Virus record (IMG/VR): IMGVR_UViG_3300031669_000033
Coordinates: 1 to 58,451 of that record
Length of the DNA stretch: 58,451 nucleotides
Reading direction: 5' to 3' (one strand)
Source of the DNA: a virus
Lineage: Duplodnaviria > Caudoviricetes
Part shown: in pieces, positions 17,722 to 28,046 of the stretch
How positions within the stretch are numbered: position 1 is the first letter of the stretch
How the letters are laid out: each line of letters begins with the position of its first letter
Notes under the pieces: generated by a model
What the model saw: the letters and a program-made list of their open reading frames with translations, nothing else
The model's database searches: none
Told to the model about the DNA's origin: nothing
Position numbers and translations under genes: made by a program

Positions 17722-20003
17722 GCGGCAGCATCGAGGGCCTGATTGCCAATCCGCAGGGCGTTGACGTCCTGTCGCAGCTTGGCCAGTGGCAGGGGCTCCA
17801 CCAGGGCCGTGCGCAGACGGAGCAGACCCAGGCCCAAACGCAGGGCATCGGGCTGCAGAATGAGCTGCAGCGGCTACAGGTCGCGCGCACCGGCTACCTG
17901 TACGGGTTGGCCGGCGTGCCTGGGGTGGGCGGCGCGGCCGGGGCACCGGGAGGTCAGCCGGCCGGCGGAGCGCCGCTAGCGGCCGGTCCTGGCGCTGGCG
18001 TGCCGGGTGTGGGCGCGGGGGCGGCGCCGGGCGCGGCTCCGGCGGGCGCCGCTCCGGGCGCTCCGACGGCCACGTCCTATCCCGGGGAGACAGGTGTTCG
18101 GATGTTCGGCGTCCCGATGCCGCCGTTCGTCGCGTCGTCGGTCCTGATGGCGAAGGATCCGCAGGCGGCGCTCAAGGACGCGCTTGAGTCGCGGCGGCAG
18201 GCGGTGTTCTCGGCGATCAATGTGCCGCCGGAGCAGTTTCCGCAGGCAGTCCGGGAGGTGCTGGCGGCGGGCTTCATCACGCCGGAATGGGCCACGATGG
18301 CGCTGCGCAATCCTGCCATCCAGCAGCGTCTGCTGCAGTCCTTCCAGTCTCCGGACGCCTATCAGTCGACCGTGACGGCGTTGAGCGGGCAGGGCCTGCA
18401 GCGCGATCCGACGACGGGTGCGGTCACGCTATCGCCGGTGGCGCTACAGGCGAAGGGCCTGGGGGCACAAGCGGAGGCCGGTGGGCGGGCGGCAGGAGCG
18501 CTGCCCTATGTGGCGCCGACGGCCGCGGCGCAGGCATCTGGGGCCGGGCGCTACGAGACGACGACGGTGACGGTGCCGGATCCCGATCGGCCCGGTTCCT
18601 TCCGGACAGATACGGTCCTCAAGTCGAGCTTGCCGGGGATATTGGATGCCGGTGGTCGCACGGCGACGCTGGCCGACCGACTCGATCCGAGTCTCTCCAT
18701 CGGGCCGGCGGCCTGGGCGGAGCGGGTGCGGGGGCGGGAAAACGGCGGCGGGGCGCCGGATGCGCGCAATCCGCGGAGCAGCGCGCTGGGCGATGGCCAG
18801 TTCACGGAAGCGACCTGGAAAGAGACGGTCGCGGCGGCGCAGCCGCCCTGGGCCGCGGGGATGTCCGAGTCGGAACTGCTGGCGGCGCGGAAAAACCCGC
18901 AATATGCAGCGCAAATGAATTACGCGCAGGCTCAGATGAATGGGCCGAAGCTGCAGGCGGCGGGGATGCCGGTCACGACGATGACGCTCGGCCTGGCGCA
19001 TCAGTTGGGTGCCGCCGGCGCGACGCGGGTGATGTCGGCCGCGCCCGGGACGCCATTGCGCGATGTCCTGCCGGCGGAGGTGATCAAGGCCAATCCGCAA
19101 TTCGCGCGGATGACGACCGATCAACTGGCCGGGCAGGCGCTGCAGGTGTACGGGGTGAATCAGATCGATCTGTCGAAGCCGGTTGATCAGGCGTTCCATG
19201 CGACGCCGTCGGGGCCCGGGGCGCTTCCGGGGCCGCCGAAGCTGACGCCGCAGCAGACGGCCGGGCTCGAGGTCACGCAGCAGGCGATCGGGAACGATCA
19301 GAAGGTTGCGGACACCGCCATCGGGGCGGCGCGCGGCGCGCAGGCGGCGCAGACCCAACTGCTTCAGCTTCGGTCGCTGGCGCCGCAGATCAGCACCGGA
19401 AGCTATGCGGACGCGCGGCAGAACGTGCAGAATTACCTGGCCACCTTCGCACCGGAGTTCGCTCAGAAATTCGTCTCCGCGGTCACGGCCGGCAAGATCG
19501 ATCCGTCGAAGGCGGGAGCCACGCAAGAATTCGTCAAGATCGCGCTGCAGCAGGCGGGGCAAGCAGAGCGGTCGGTGCTGGGGGCGAATGGCGGCGTGAG
19601 CGCGATCGAGCTGTACCAGAAGGCGTTCCCGAACATCGGCATGCAGCCGACGGCGATCAAAGACATGACCAACCTGCTGTTGGTCGCGCATCAGCGGGAC
19701 GTGGATTACGGCGAGGGCGCGAACGGATATTTCGACACGAACCGCGACGCGTTCCGGGAAGGTGGCAAATACAAGTCGCTGCGGACCTTCGATGAGAAAT
19801 TCGTGAAGGAGAATCCACCCCAGGTCTATGTGGGCGCGGCGGCGGCGGTGAACCAGCATCCCTATGCCGAGTGGTCGAAGGGTCTCACGCCGGCGCAGCA
19901 GACGCATGCGCTCCAGGTCATGTGGCGGGCCGATCCGACATCTGCGGCCTATGGTCCGGACGGCAAGCTCTACCATGCACCGCCGGCAGCGGGAGGCGGT
20001 TGA
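17718..20003 (+). CDS. ejection protein with a lytic transglycosylase-like domain
   Basis: RENGGG..ARNPRSSALG.GQF...TW...AHQLG..GA motif; position equivalent to P22 gp20. Confidence 0.75.
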   Translation: MSGSIEGLIANPQGVDVLSQLGQWQGLHQGRAQTEQTQAQTQGIGLQNELQRLQVARTGYLYGLAGVPGVGGAAGAPGGQPAGGAPLAAGPGAGVPGVGAGAAPGAAPAGAAPGAPTATSYPGETGVRMFGVPMPPFVASSVLMAKDPQAALKDALESRRQAVFSAINVPPEQFPQAVREVLAAGFITPEWATMALRNPAIQQRLLQSFQSPDAYQSTVTALSGQGLQRDPTTGAVTLSPVALQAKGLGAQAEAGGRAAGALPYVAPTAAAQASGAGRYETTTVTVPDPDRPGSFRTDTVLKSSLPGILDAGGRTATLADRLDPSLSIGPAAWAERVRGRENGGGAPDARNPRSSALGDGQFTEATWKETVAAAQPPWAAGMSESELLAARKNPQYAAQMNYAQAQMNGPKLQAAGMPVTTMTLGLAHQLGAAGATRVMSAAPGTPLRDVLPAEVIKANPQFARMTTDQLAGQALQVYGVNQIDLSKPVDQAFHATPSGPGALPGPPKLTPQQTAGLEVTQQAIGNDQKVADTAIGAARGAQAAQTQLLQLRSLAPQISTGSYADARQNVQNYLATFAPEFAQKFVSAVTAGKIDPSKAGATQEFVKIALQQAGQAERSVLGANGGVSAIELYQKAFPNIGMQPTAIKDMTNLLLVAHQRDVDYGEGANGYFDTNRDAFREGGKYKSLRTFDEKFVKENPPQVYVGAAAAVNQHPYAEWSKGLTPAQQTHALQVMWRADPTSAAYGPDGKLYHAPPAAGGG

Positions 20004-23000
20004 TGTCGGGTTCGTTCAATCCGTTTGCGGCGCTTGGCGCGGTCGCAGCGGGCTCGTCGGGTGCGGGGGCTCCATCTGCTGGCAGCGGTGGTGACCTTCT
20101 GGCGGTGAACCTGCCGCAGATGCCGGCGGCGCCGCGCTGGTCGCCCAGCCTGGTTCCGACGATGTCGGCGGAGGATGCTGCGGCTCCGGGGCGCGCTCCG
20201 CCGGATGTGCCGACGGCGCTCCCAGGCGGCGGCGGTGTGCTGCCGAGTGGCGCGGTGACGACCAATCCGCAGACCTGGCAGCGCTGGCTGTCGGAGTATC
20301 AGCCGCCAGGGCCGGCCGGTGCCTCGCCGGGGCCCGGTGCGGGGACCGCGCCGGCGGGTCAGTCGATGCCGTCGCTTCCTCCGACGCCGGCGGCTGCGGG
20401 GCCTGCGACGGCAGGTGCGACGTTCAATCCGTTCACGGCGCTGGGAGCAACGCCGGCCGATGCGGGAGGACCGGTTGTCAATTCGGCTCCGGCATCGGGT
20501 TCGGTTGCGGGCGGGGCGCAGGCTGTTCCGGTGGCTCCGGGGCCGGCCACGGTTCCGGCCGCGGCTTCGGCACCGGTGGCGCCTGGCGCTGGCGCTGCTG
20601 GGGCAGATGGGAAGGGCAAGCGCAGCGGCTATCTCGCCAACATCGCGGCGGGCGGTAACGAGGCGGTGGCGGGGCTGCTGGGCATGCCGGTGGACGCGCT
20701 GACCGGCATCCTCAACCTGAGTCCGAGGGCGATCAACGCCGTGACGGGGGCCGGTCTGCCGCTGATCGAGCATCCGGTTGGCGGGACGGAATCGCTGCAC
20801 AAGCTGTTCGGCCTGGTGGGGGCCAATCCGGAGGACGTGGTTCCGGCCACGCCAGGAGAGGGGCTCGCGCGGGCTGGCGCACGGGGTGCCGTGGGCGTGG
20901 CGCTGCCGGGCGGCATCGCGCGCAGGCTCGCCAGCGAGGGCATCACGGGTGCCTCGTCGGTTGGGGACGCGGTGTTGCACGGCATGGGGCAAGGCGCGGG
21001 GCCGAGTGGTGTGGTGGCGGGCACCGTGGGCGGTGTGACCGGGCATGCGGCTGCGGAGGCATCGCCGGAGGCGCTCAAGCCCACGGCGGATATGCTGGGG
21101 AACATCGTTGGCGGCGGCGCGGTGGCGCTGGGGCAGGCGGCGGTGGGTGCTGGAGCGCGCACGGCGGCCGGGATGGTCGGCCGGATGCGCGAGCCTCTCC
21201 CGATGGGCAAGCAGCCCATGATGGTCGATCCGGAGACCGGTGTGCCGTTCCTGGACGAGCATGGTGCACCGATCCGGGCAACCGCGGGTCAGCAGCAAAT
21301 GGCGGGGCGCCGGATCGCGGAAGCGGCAGGGATGAAGCCGGGAGAACTGGCTGCGGCGATTCCGTCTCCGGCCGATAGCACGCTGGTGCCGGGCTCGCAG
21401 GGCACGCTCGGTCAGGTGATGAACAATCTTCGGCTCATGGTGTTCGAGCGTCAGCTTCGGGCGGTGAACCGGACGCCGTTCACTGCCAGCGAGGCGGAGA
21501 ATCAGGTCAAGCGGCTCACCGCACTCCGCGGCTTGGCGGATCCGGAAGCGGCCGGCGCCGCCGCGGGGGAGTTCTTCGCGGAAAAACTGGCGAAGGTTCG
21601 GGCGGCGGCGGATGCGCTCGCGGACGCGGAGCGGGTGGTAGCGCAGCAGAAGACGGCGCGCATGGCCGGGGGTGGCGTGCAGGAGGACCAGGTCGGGGAG
21701 GCGCAGCGTATCGCGCTCGATGCTCTGCGGAAGCCGATCAAGGATGCGGCCGGCGCGCTATTCGATGCGGTCGATCCGTCGGGCAAGTTGGCGCTCAATG
21801 TGCGGGGTGTGCGGCAGGCGGCGCGGCGGATTCTGGATGATGTCGATCCGACGTTTGGCGACGAGCTGGGACCGGAGGAAAAGGTGTTGCGGGCGGCCGC
21901 CGGCATGGCCGAGGTGGTGCTGTTCAAGAATCTCCGGAAGATGGATTCCAATCTCTCGCGCGTGCAGCGGCAGTTGCGGATGGCGGGTGAGGCGGAAAGC
22001 CCGGCCTATCGGCGTGCATCCATCCTGCGTAATGCGATCGATGAAGCCATGACCGCAGAGGTGAATGAGCAGGGCGTCAAAGGCGCGCAGGCGGCGGTGG
22101 GGCAGGCAGATGGCTCTGCCTTCCATGCATGGTTCAATGGCAGCAAGGTGGTGGACGAAGCGGGGCAACCGCTCCGGGTTTTCCACGGCACGGCCGATCC
22201 GACGATGGAGTTCGCAGGAAACCGGGACGCGTATTTTTCGACCGATCCGGCTATTGCTCAGATGTATGCAGAAACCGGCATGCCGACGGCGGGCACGCGG
22301 GAGATCGCACCATTCATCCGGCCGGCTTATGTCTCGATCAAGAATCCAAAGGTATTCGGCCCGGATTGGACCGGGGATGTTCCCGGGACCGATGTGCTGC
22401 GGCGCCAGGGGTTCGACGGGATGATCCTCGAGGCGCCGAATGGTCAGCGTGTGGTCGTAGCATTTCATGCAGACCAGGTGCGGCCTGCGATCGGAACGGT
22501 GGGCGATCGGCTGGCGCAGGCGGGTTCGGTTGGGGCAGAAGACGCGGCGGGGGGCGCTGTTCCGAAACCGGCGCCCCAGGTGGGATCGCAGGTGTTCACG
22601 CCGTCGGGCCGTGCGGTGGATGTGCGGTATGGGGTGCGTGAGGCATCGGATCTGGTGACGTCGCATCATCATCAGGACATGGCGACCAACCCGAAATTTC
22701 CGGCGGAGCTGCAGCCGCGGGCGCGGGAGCGGGCGGCCAGCGAGGCGCAGGTTGCCAGCATCGCCGGCAACATCCAGCCGGAGCGGCTCGGCGCGTCGGC
22801 ATCGGCCGAGGGGACGCCGATCATTGGTCCGGATGGGATCGTGGAGTCTGGCAATGGTCGCGTGATGGCGCTGCGTCGTGCCTACGAGGCGAACAATGCC
22901 GGGTCGAAGGCTTATCGCAAGTATCTCGAGGATCAGGGCTACGATGTGGCGGGCGTCAAGGAGCCGGTTCTGGTACGCGAACGGCAGACGCCGATGGACA

Positions 23001-25138
23001 TGCCGGAGCGGGTTCGCTTCGCGGAAGACATGAACGCCGGGGCCGGTCTCTCGATGTCGGCGTCGGAGCGGGCCGCCGTAGATGCCAAGCGGATTTCGGA
23101 CGATCTAATGCGGTCCTATGTGGCGGGCGACGTGACGTCGGCAGCCAACCGGGATTTCGTGCGCAAGTTCGCCGACGAGGTGCTGGACAAAGGCGAGCAT
23201 GGGTCGTTCGCAACGGGGGAGGCGGAGCTTTCGAAGGAAGGCGCGCAGCGTGTGCGCAATGCGCTGCTCGCTAAGGCATACGACGATCCGAACCTGATTG
23301 CCGCGCTGACCGAGGTAGACGACGCCAATGTGCGGGCGTTCGGGGCCGCGCTCTCGGACGCGGCCGGGCCGATGGCGCGTCTGCAGGTGGAGATCAAGGC
23401 GGGCGAGGTGGATCCTGGAATGGCGATCAGCAAGGCGCTCGTCGAGGCGGCGCGCATGGTCTCCGACGCACGGCGCCGTGGCATCAGCCTGGCGGATTCT
23501 GCCGCGCAACGCGATGTGTTCCAGGAGATCAACCCGACGGCGGAGCGGATCCTGCAGGCGGCATACGGTGTCGATCTTCGCGGGCGGCTCTCGCGTGGGC
23601 GGCTGGCCGACATGCTCGACTTCTACTCCCAGGAGGCGCTCAAGCAAGGCACGCAGGATCGTCTGTTCGGTGCTAACCTGACGCAGAGCGAATTACTCAA
23701 ATCGGCGGAGGGTCGTGTTGGACAACGAGCAGCAGCGGGCGGCGGGAGCGGCGAAGCGGTCGGCGCCGGAGGTGCCGTCGGCGGCGCAGACGCAGGCGCT
23801 GGGCCGCGCGTTGGAGCGGGTGGGCCGGAAGCACAGCGACCTGGCGCTGGTGCGGGCGGGGAAGCAAGCGCAGGGCGTCCTGCCGCGGGCGGCGACCGAC
23901 GCATCCTTCCGCAAGCAAAGCTAGAGCCGAATTTCGCGGCCGAGGACCGGGATGCGCTACGTGAGGCCAACCGGGCATATCAGGCTTATAAGGCGACGTG
24001 GCGCAAAGGCACCGTTGGGCAGGTGCTGATGTCGGGCTCGCGGGACAACGGGTTCCGGATGGCTGACAGCGCCGTGCCGGCCACGCTATTCCGGGCGGGA
24101 AAACGCGGTGCGGAGGCGGCGAAAGATCTGATCAAAGCGGTCGGCTCGCCGGAAGCGGCACAGAAGATGCTGGGCGATTATCCAGCGTTCTCGTTTCGTC
24201 AGGCAGCGGAGCGCAACGGCATCATCGATCCGGCTCGCGGCGAGGCGTGGTTGCGCCGGCATAAGGCGGTGTTGGATCAGTTTCCGGAACTGCGGAGCGA
24301 ATTCCGCAGCGTCATCAGCGCGACGCGGGCAGTCGATGAAGCGGCGGCGCGCGGCACGGCGATGGTCAAGGAAATGCAGGACAGCGCGGCCCGGCACTTC
24401 CTGACGCGCGGGGGCGACGCGGTCGATCCTAAAGCGGCGATTGGTCGGCTGATGGCATCGCCGACGGCGGTGAAGGACGCGCGGGCTTTGATGGCTGCGG
24501 CGTCGAAGAACCGGGCGGCTGTGGACGGCATCAAGCGGAATCTGGTCGACTACATCATGGCTCGGACGCGGTCGACGGCCGAGGCCGGGACGACCGGTGA
24601 AAAGGAAATCGCGGGCGCCATTTTCCAGCGCATGGCAGCCGATCCGCGGCAGATGGGCGTCATCCGGACGGTGCTGGGCGACAAGCATGGCGACATGATC
24701 GTGGCGATGGCGAAGGACATCGAGCGGTTCTCGCGGGCGATCTCGGCGACGCGCATCCCGGGCTCGCCTGGCACAGCCGCGGATATGCATCTCCTGCAGG
24801 AAGCTGGGCAGGGCTCACCGTCGGTGGTGGGGCAGGTGCTGATCGGCGACGCGGCCGGTCGCATCCTGGGGGCGGCGACGAATGTCTCCGGCTTCACCGG
24901 AGCGGCGCTCCGCGGCACGGCGATCGTGAGCAAGGTGGTGCTGGATGCCATGAAGCATGCCGGGCTGAAAACGGTTGACGATCTGATGACGCAGGCGGTC
25001 CTGCAGCCGGAACTGGCGCGGCTCCTGGCGTCGCGCGTCAAGCTGCGGGAGGATAGTCCGGTGCTTCGTCGGCTGCTGGGGCAGCTGGCGCTGGTGGGGG
25101 CCAATGCGGCGGCAACCGGGTCTCTGCCGGTACACTGA
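20003..25138 (+). CDS. large ejection / polyvalent protein with ART-PolyVal-like and DdrB-like ParB domains
   Basis: ~1711 aa from ATG 20003 (GGAGG RBS). NPF repeats at the N-terminus; WF.GSKVVD..GQPL.VFHGT...YFS...KNP...GFDG; TSH..NP.FP.ELQPR.R...G.PI.G.DG.VESGNGR. Confidence 0.8.
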   Translation: MSGSFNPFAALGAVAAGSSGAGAPSAGSGGDLLAVNLPQMPAAPRWSPSLVPTMSAEDAAAPGRAPPDVPTALPGGGGVLPSGAVTTNPQTWQRWLSEYQPPGPAGASPGPGAGTAPAGQSMPSLPPTPAAAGPATAGATFNPFTALGATPADAGGPVVNSAPASGSVAGGAQAVPVAPGPATVPAAASAPVAPGAGAAGADGKGKRSGYLANIAAGGNEAVAGLLGMPVDALTGILNLSPRAINAVTGAGLPLIEHPVGGTESLHKLFGLVGANPEDVVPATPGEGLARAGARGAVGVALPGGIARRLASEGITGASSVGDAVLHGMGQGAGPSGVVAGTVGGVTGHAAAEASPEALKPTADMLGNIVGGGAVALGQAAVGAGARTAAGMVGRMREPLPMGKQPMMVDPETGVPFLDEHGAPIRATAGQQQMAGRRIAEAAGMKPGELAAAIPSPADSTLVPGSQGTLGQVMNNLRLMVFERQLRAVNRTPFTASEAENQVKRLTALRGLADPEAAGAAAGEFFAEKLAKVRAAADALADAERVVAQQKTARMAGGGVQEDQVGEAQRIALDALRKPIKDAAGALFDAVDPSGKLALNVRGVRQAARRILDDVDPTFGDELGPEEKVLRAAAGMAEVVLFKNLRKMDSNLSRVQRQLRMAGEAESPAYRRASILRNAIDEAMTAEVNEQGVKGAQAAVGQADGSAFHAWFNGSKVVDEAGQPLRVFHGTADPTMEFAGNRDAYFSTDPAIAQMYAETGMPTAGTREIAPFIRPAYVSIKNPKVFGPDWTGDVPGTDVLRRQGFDGMILEAPNGQRVVVAFHADQVRPAIGTVGDRLAQAGSVGAEDAAGGAVPKPAPQVGSQVFTPSGRAVDVRYGVREASDLVTSHHHQDMATNPKFPAELQPRARERAASEAQVASIAGNIQPERLGASASAEGTPIIGPDGIVESGNGRVMALRRAYEANNAGSKAYRKYLEDQGYDVAGVKEPVLVRERQTPMDMPERVRFAEDMNAGAGLSMSASERAAVDAKRISDDLMRSYVAGDVTSAANRDFVRKFADEVLDKGEHGSFATGEAELSKEGAQRVRNALLAKAYDDPNLIAALTEVDDANVRAFGAALSDAAGPMARLQVEIKAGEVDPGMAISKALVEAARMVSDARRRGISLADSAAQRDVFQEINPTAERILQAAYGVDLRGRLSRGRLADMLDFYSQEALKQGTQDRLFGANLTQSELLKSAEGRVGQRAAAGGGSGEAVGAGGAVGGADAGAGPRVGAGGPEAQRPGAGAGGEASAGRPAAGGDRRILPQAKLEPNFAAEDRDALREANRAYQAYKATWRKGTVGQVLMSGSRDNGFRMADSAVPATLFRAGKRGAEAAKDLIKAVGSPEAAQKMLGDYPAFSFRQAAERNGIIDPARGEAWLRRHKAVLDQFPELRSEFRSVISATRAVDEAAARGTAMVKEMQDSAARHFLTRGGDAVDPKAAIGRLMASPTAVKDARALMAAASKNRAAVDGIKRNLVDYIMARTRSTAEAGTTGEKEIAGAIFQRMAADPRQMGVIRTVLGDKHGDMIVAMAKDIERFSRAISATRIPGSPGTAADMHLLQEAGQGSPSVVGQVLIGDAAGRILGAATNVSGFTGAALRGTAIVSKVVLDAMKHAGLKTVDDLMTQAVLQPELARLLASRVKLREDSPVLRRLLGQLALVGANAAATGSLPVH

Positions 25139-25205
25139 GGACGGATGTCATGGCGAGCAGCGTGAAACGGTGCGGCCGGGCTCGGTCGCAACATAGGGGG
25201 CAGGC

Positions 25206-26108
25206 ATGAGCATCGGTGAGCGTTATTACACGCCGTGGCCATTTGACGTATCGCCGACGGGCGTTCCGCTGGCGGGCAGTCAGCTATTCTTCTACGAGAC
25301 CGGAACGTCAACACCGCTGGACACCTGGTCGGATGTGACGCTGACCACAGCAAATCCGAATCCGGTGGTTGCGGGCTCGGATGGGCATTTCGGGCCGATC
25401 TTCCTGACGCCGGCGACGGCTTACAAGGTGGCATTCTATGGGGCCAACCCGGACCCAGGGCATCCGTCGACGCCGTCTGATCCGCAGGGCACTCTGCTGC
25501 GCACGGCGGATCCGGTGGGGCCGGCGGCTGGCGGCGCGACGTCGAACACCGCCGGCATCGTCGGTGAGGTTCGGGCATTCGCCGGCATCGCGGCGGCGGT
25601 TCCGGCGCAGTGGGCGCTCTGCTACGGGCAGGCGGTCAGTCGGACGACCTATTCGGCGGCCTTCTCTGCGCTGGGCACGACGTGGGGCGCCGGCAACGGG
25701 TCAACCACCTTCAATCTCCCGGACTTGCGGGGTCGCGTGCTGGCCGGGGTTGATAATATGGGCGGCAGCGCTGCGGATCGGATTACGACGTCGGTGAGCG
25801 GAATAGCGGGCACGTCGCTCGGCGCGACCGGTGGCGACCAGAACGCCGCGCAGGACACGCTGACCGCGGAGACGGCGGTAACGATCACGGATCCGGGCCA
25901 TACGCATCCGACGACGACGACCGGTGCGGGGCTGCGTAATGCGGGCTCGGATCTGGTGGTATTCCCGACGAAGACCGACACCAGCGGGTCGAACGTGACC
26001 GGGATCACCGCGGCAGCGACGACCATGATTTCCGGGACATTCGTGGGAACGGCTCAGAACGTGCAGCCGACGGCGATGGTCAACTTCATCATCTACCTGG
26101 CCGCATAG
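25206..26108 (+). CDS. tail fibre protein with a head-binding-like N-terminus and tail collar domain
   Basis: G.PL.G..LFFYETGTSTP..T.SD....N.NP N-terminus; W.LC.GQAVSRTTY..LF..GT.WG.G.GSTTFNLPDLRGR collar; NVQP...NFII end. Confidence 0.85.
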   Translation: MSIGERYYTPWPFDVSPTGVPLAGSQLFFYETGTSTPLDTWSDVTLTTANPNPVVAGSDGHFGPIFLTPATAYKVAFYGANPDPGHPSTPSDPQGTLLRTADPVGPAAGGATSNTAGIVGEVRAFAGIAAAVPAQWALCYGQAVSRTTYSAAFSALGTTWGAGNGSTTFNLPDLRGRVLAGVDNMGGSAADRITTSVSGIAGTSLGATGGDQNAAQDTLTAETAVTITDPGHTHPTTTTGAGLRNAGSDLVVFPTKTDTSGSNVTGITAAATTMISGTFVGTAQNVQPTAMVNFIIYLAA

Positions 26109-26196
26109 CGGGGCACGGCGGGGGTGGTATCTGTGGGAGAAATGTTGATGGAACATTACCGGGCAATTGACGGGTAGCAGGTAAGGTCCACGGACG

Positions 26197-26478
26197 ATGG
26201 CAGCACAGAATCCTTGGCGCACGATTTGGGAGCCTTCCGAGCCGGTGACGGTGGATCGTCGGCGCATGGATGATTTTGTGGAGCGTGTGAAGGCGGTTGA
26301 AAAGGAATCCGCCGAGACCGCAACGGCGCTCCGGGTTCATCTCAGTGTGTTCGAACAGATGCAGAATCATGCGAATGTGAAGATGAATTTCGTGCTTGTG
26401 ATGGTTGGGCTTCTTCTTGTGGCCACGCTGCTGGGACCGCGGGCCGGTCTTCTCTCGCTGATGACAAAATTCGGTTAG
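26197..26478 (+). CDS. coiled-coil plus C-terminal TM protein (possible holin-type lysis protein)
   Basis: Hydrophobic FVLVMVGLLLVATLLG segment; first gene of the lysis region. Confidence 0.55.
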   Translation: MAAQNPWRTIWEPSEPVTVDRRRMDDFVERVKAVEKESAETATALRVHLSVFEQMQNHANVKMNFVLVMVGLLLVATLLGPRAGLLSLMTKFG

Positions 26479-26488
26479 GAGGTTTTCG

Positions 26489-27166
26489 ATGGAACTTGTG
26501 CAGGCAATCGCCAGCATTCCGTGGGTGGGTCATTTTCTTGTCTATGTCGGGATACTCGTCGCGTTCGGCGCGTCGCTGGCGCCATTCGTGCCGGCTCCGG
26601 CGCCCGATGCATCGCGGGCATATCTGGTGCTTTATGCGGTGGTGAAGTGGTGCGCGCTCCAGAAGGGGCACGCGACGAGCGTGGGTGCGGTGCAGGCCGG
26701 TCTGGCGGTCCCGCCGGTGACGCCCTCCTATCCGCCCGGGTCGGAGGTGCCGGGGGTGAACAGCAACACGGCGGCCGGTCAGGGCGCGGCGGCCGGCAAG
26801 GTGGGGCTGTTCCTGCTGCTGGCGGCGACGATGAGTTTGTCGGCATGCGGAAGCAGCGGGCAGCCGATGACGGTGCGGCAGTCCACCTATGCGGCGATCG
26901 CGGCCTATGATGCGGGGCTAAAGGTGGCCATAGCGTATCTGCGGCTGCCGCGCTGCGGGATCCCGAACGCGCCGCCGGTCTGTGCCGATGTGGGTATCGT
27001 GCAGCAGATCGATGATGCGGTGATCAAGGCATCGCCGGTGGTCGCGGCAGCGCGGACGGCGGCGGCGGATCCGACGTCGACATCGGAGGCGCTTGTGGCT
27101 GGGCAGATCGCGGTGAACAGCGCAGGGGCGGCCTTGACGGCGCTCCTGCCGGCAAAGGGCAAATGA
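26489..27166 (+). CDS. membrane protein with an internal lipobox (lysis accessory)
   Basis: AGGAGG RBS; two N-terminal hydrophobic segments, then KVGLFLLLAATMSLSA|C at about residue 120. Confidence 0.65.
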   Translation: MELVQAIASIPWVGHFLVYVGILVAFGASLAPFVPAPAPDASRAYLVLYAVVKWCALQKGHATSVGAVQAGLAVPPVTPSYPPGSEVPGVNSNTAAGQGAAAGKVGLFLLLAATMSLSACGSSGQPMTVRQSTYAAIAAYDAGLKVAIAYLRLPRCGIPNAPPVCADVGIVQQIDDAVIKASPVVAAARTAAADPTSTSEALVAGQIAVNSAGAALTALLPAKGK

Positions 27167-27167
27167 C

Positions 27168-27395
27168 ATGAATCCGATGATGGTTTTGCAGTTCACGCTG
27201 GCGGTCCTCGATGCGTTGCCGGGCCTGGTCGCGGCCGGCAAGGACGTGGCGGAATTCGCGGTGCAGCAGCGTGCGGTCCTGTCGGCGATGGAGGCGGAGG
27301 GGCGCGATCCGACGCCGGCCGAGTGGGCGGCGCTCGGCACGTCGGTGGCGGCGGATGAGGCGGAGGTGCATCGCCTGGCGGGCGGCAGCACGTAG
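27168..27395 (+). CDS. small lysis-region protein
   Basis: Amphipathic N-terminus and a GRDPT..EW motif. Confidence 0.65.
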   Translation: MNPMMVLQFTLAVLDALPGLVAAGKDVAEFAVQQRAVLSAMEAEGRDPTPAEWAALGTSVAADEAEVHRLAGGST

Positions 27396-27410
27396 CTGCA
27401 GCGGCACGCC

Positions 27411-27983
27411 GTGGGAGCGGGGGCGGCTCCGTCGGATCTATGGGATGGGGAAGTGCCGGAGGCGGCCACGATGGTGGTGCGCAAGATAGAGGCGTTCCGG
27501 GGGGCGCCCTACGACGACGCAGGGGCGGCCGGGGGCGGCCGATGGACGTATGGCTTCGGATCGACGCGGGATCCGCTGGGGCAGCCGGTGGGGCCCGGGA
27601 CGGCGCCGATCTCGGAGGCGCAGGCGGTCCTGCTGTTGCAGCGTGACATGGGCGGCGCGCGGGATGGCGTGCGGAGGTTGGTGCGGACGCTCCTGGTGAC
27701 CTGTCAGGCCACGGCGCTGATCTCCTGGACCTATAATCTCGGGGAGGGACATCTCGCCACATCGACCATGCTGTCGTGCATCAACGAGGGGCGCATGGAT
27801 CGGGTGCCGTCTGAAATGCGGCAATGGATCAACCACCTGGGCAAGCCATCGTTGGGGTTGCTCCGGCGGCGCTGGGCGGAGGCGGCAATCTTCCAGGGTC
27901 TGGATGCGGCGTCCTCGATCGAGCGTGCGTGGGCGGAGATCAAGGGGCTACAGGACTGGCCGGAGTTCGGTCTGGCATCCTAA
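27411..27983 (+). CDS. endolysin, GH24 phage lysozyme (start may be ATG 27471)
   Basis: E-x8-D...WT.GFG.T catalytic region, ALISW.YNLG, STML...N and GL.RRR..E. Confidence 0.9.
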   Translation: MGAGAAPSDLWDGEVPEAATMVVRKIEAFRGAPYDDAGAAGGGRWTYGFGSTRDPLGQPVGPGTAPISEAQAVLLLQRDMGGARDGVRRLVRTLLVTCQATALISWTYNLGEGHLATSTMLSCINEGRMDRVPSEMRQWINHLGKPSLGLLRRRWAEAAIFQGLDAASSIERAWAEIKGLQDWPEFGLAS

Positions 27984-28011
27984 AATGGCCATGTAGTGTG
28001 AAGACGGCAGA

Positions 28012-28041
28012 ACGCCCGCGGGAGATCCTGCGGGCGTCTTT
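28012..28041. terminator. terminator hairpin between the convergent late and early arms
   Basis: ACGCCCGCGGG-AGAT-CCTGCGGGCGT followed by CTTT. Confidence 0.65.
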
Positions 28042-28046
28042 GTGTG

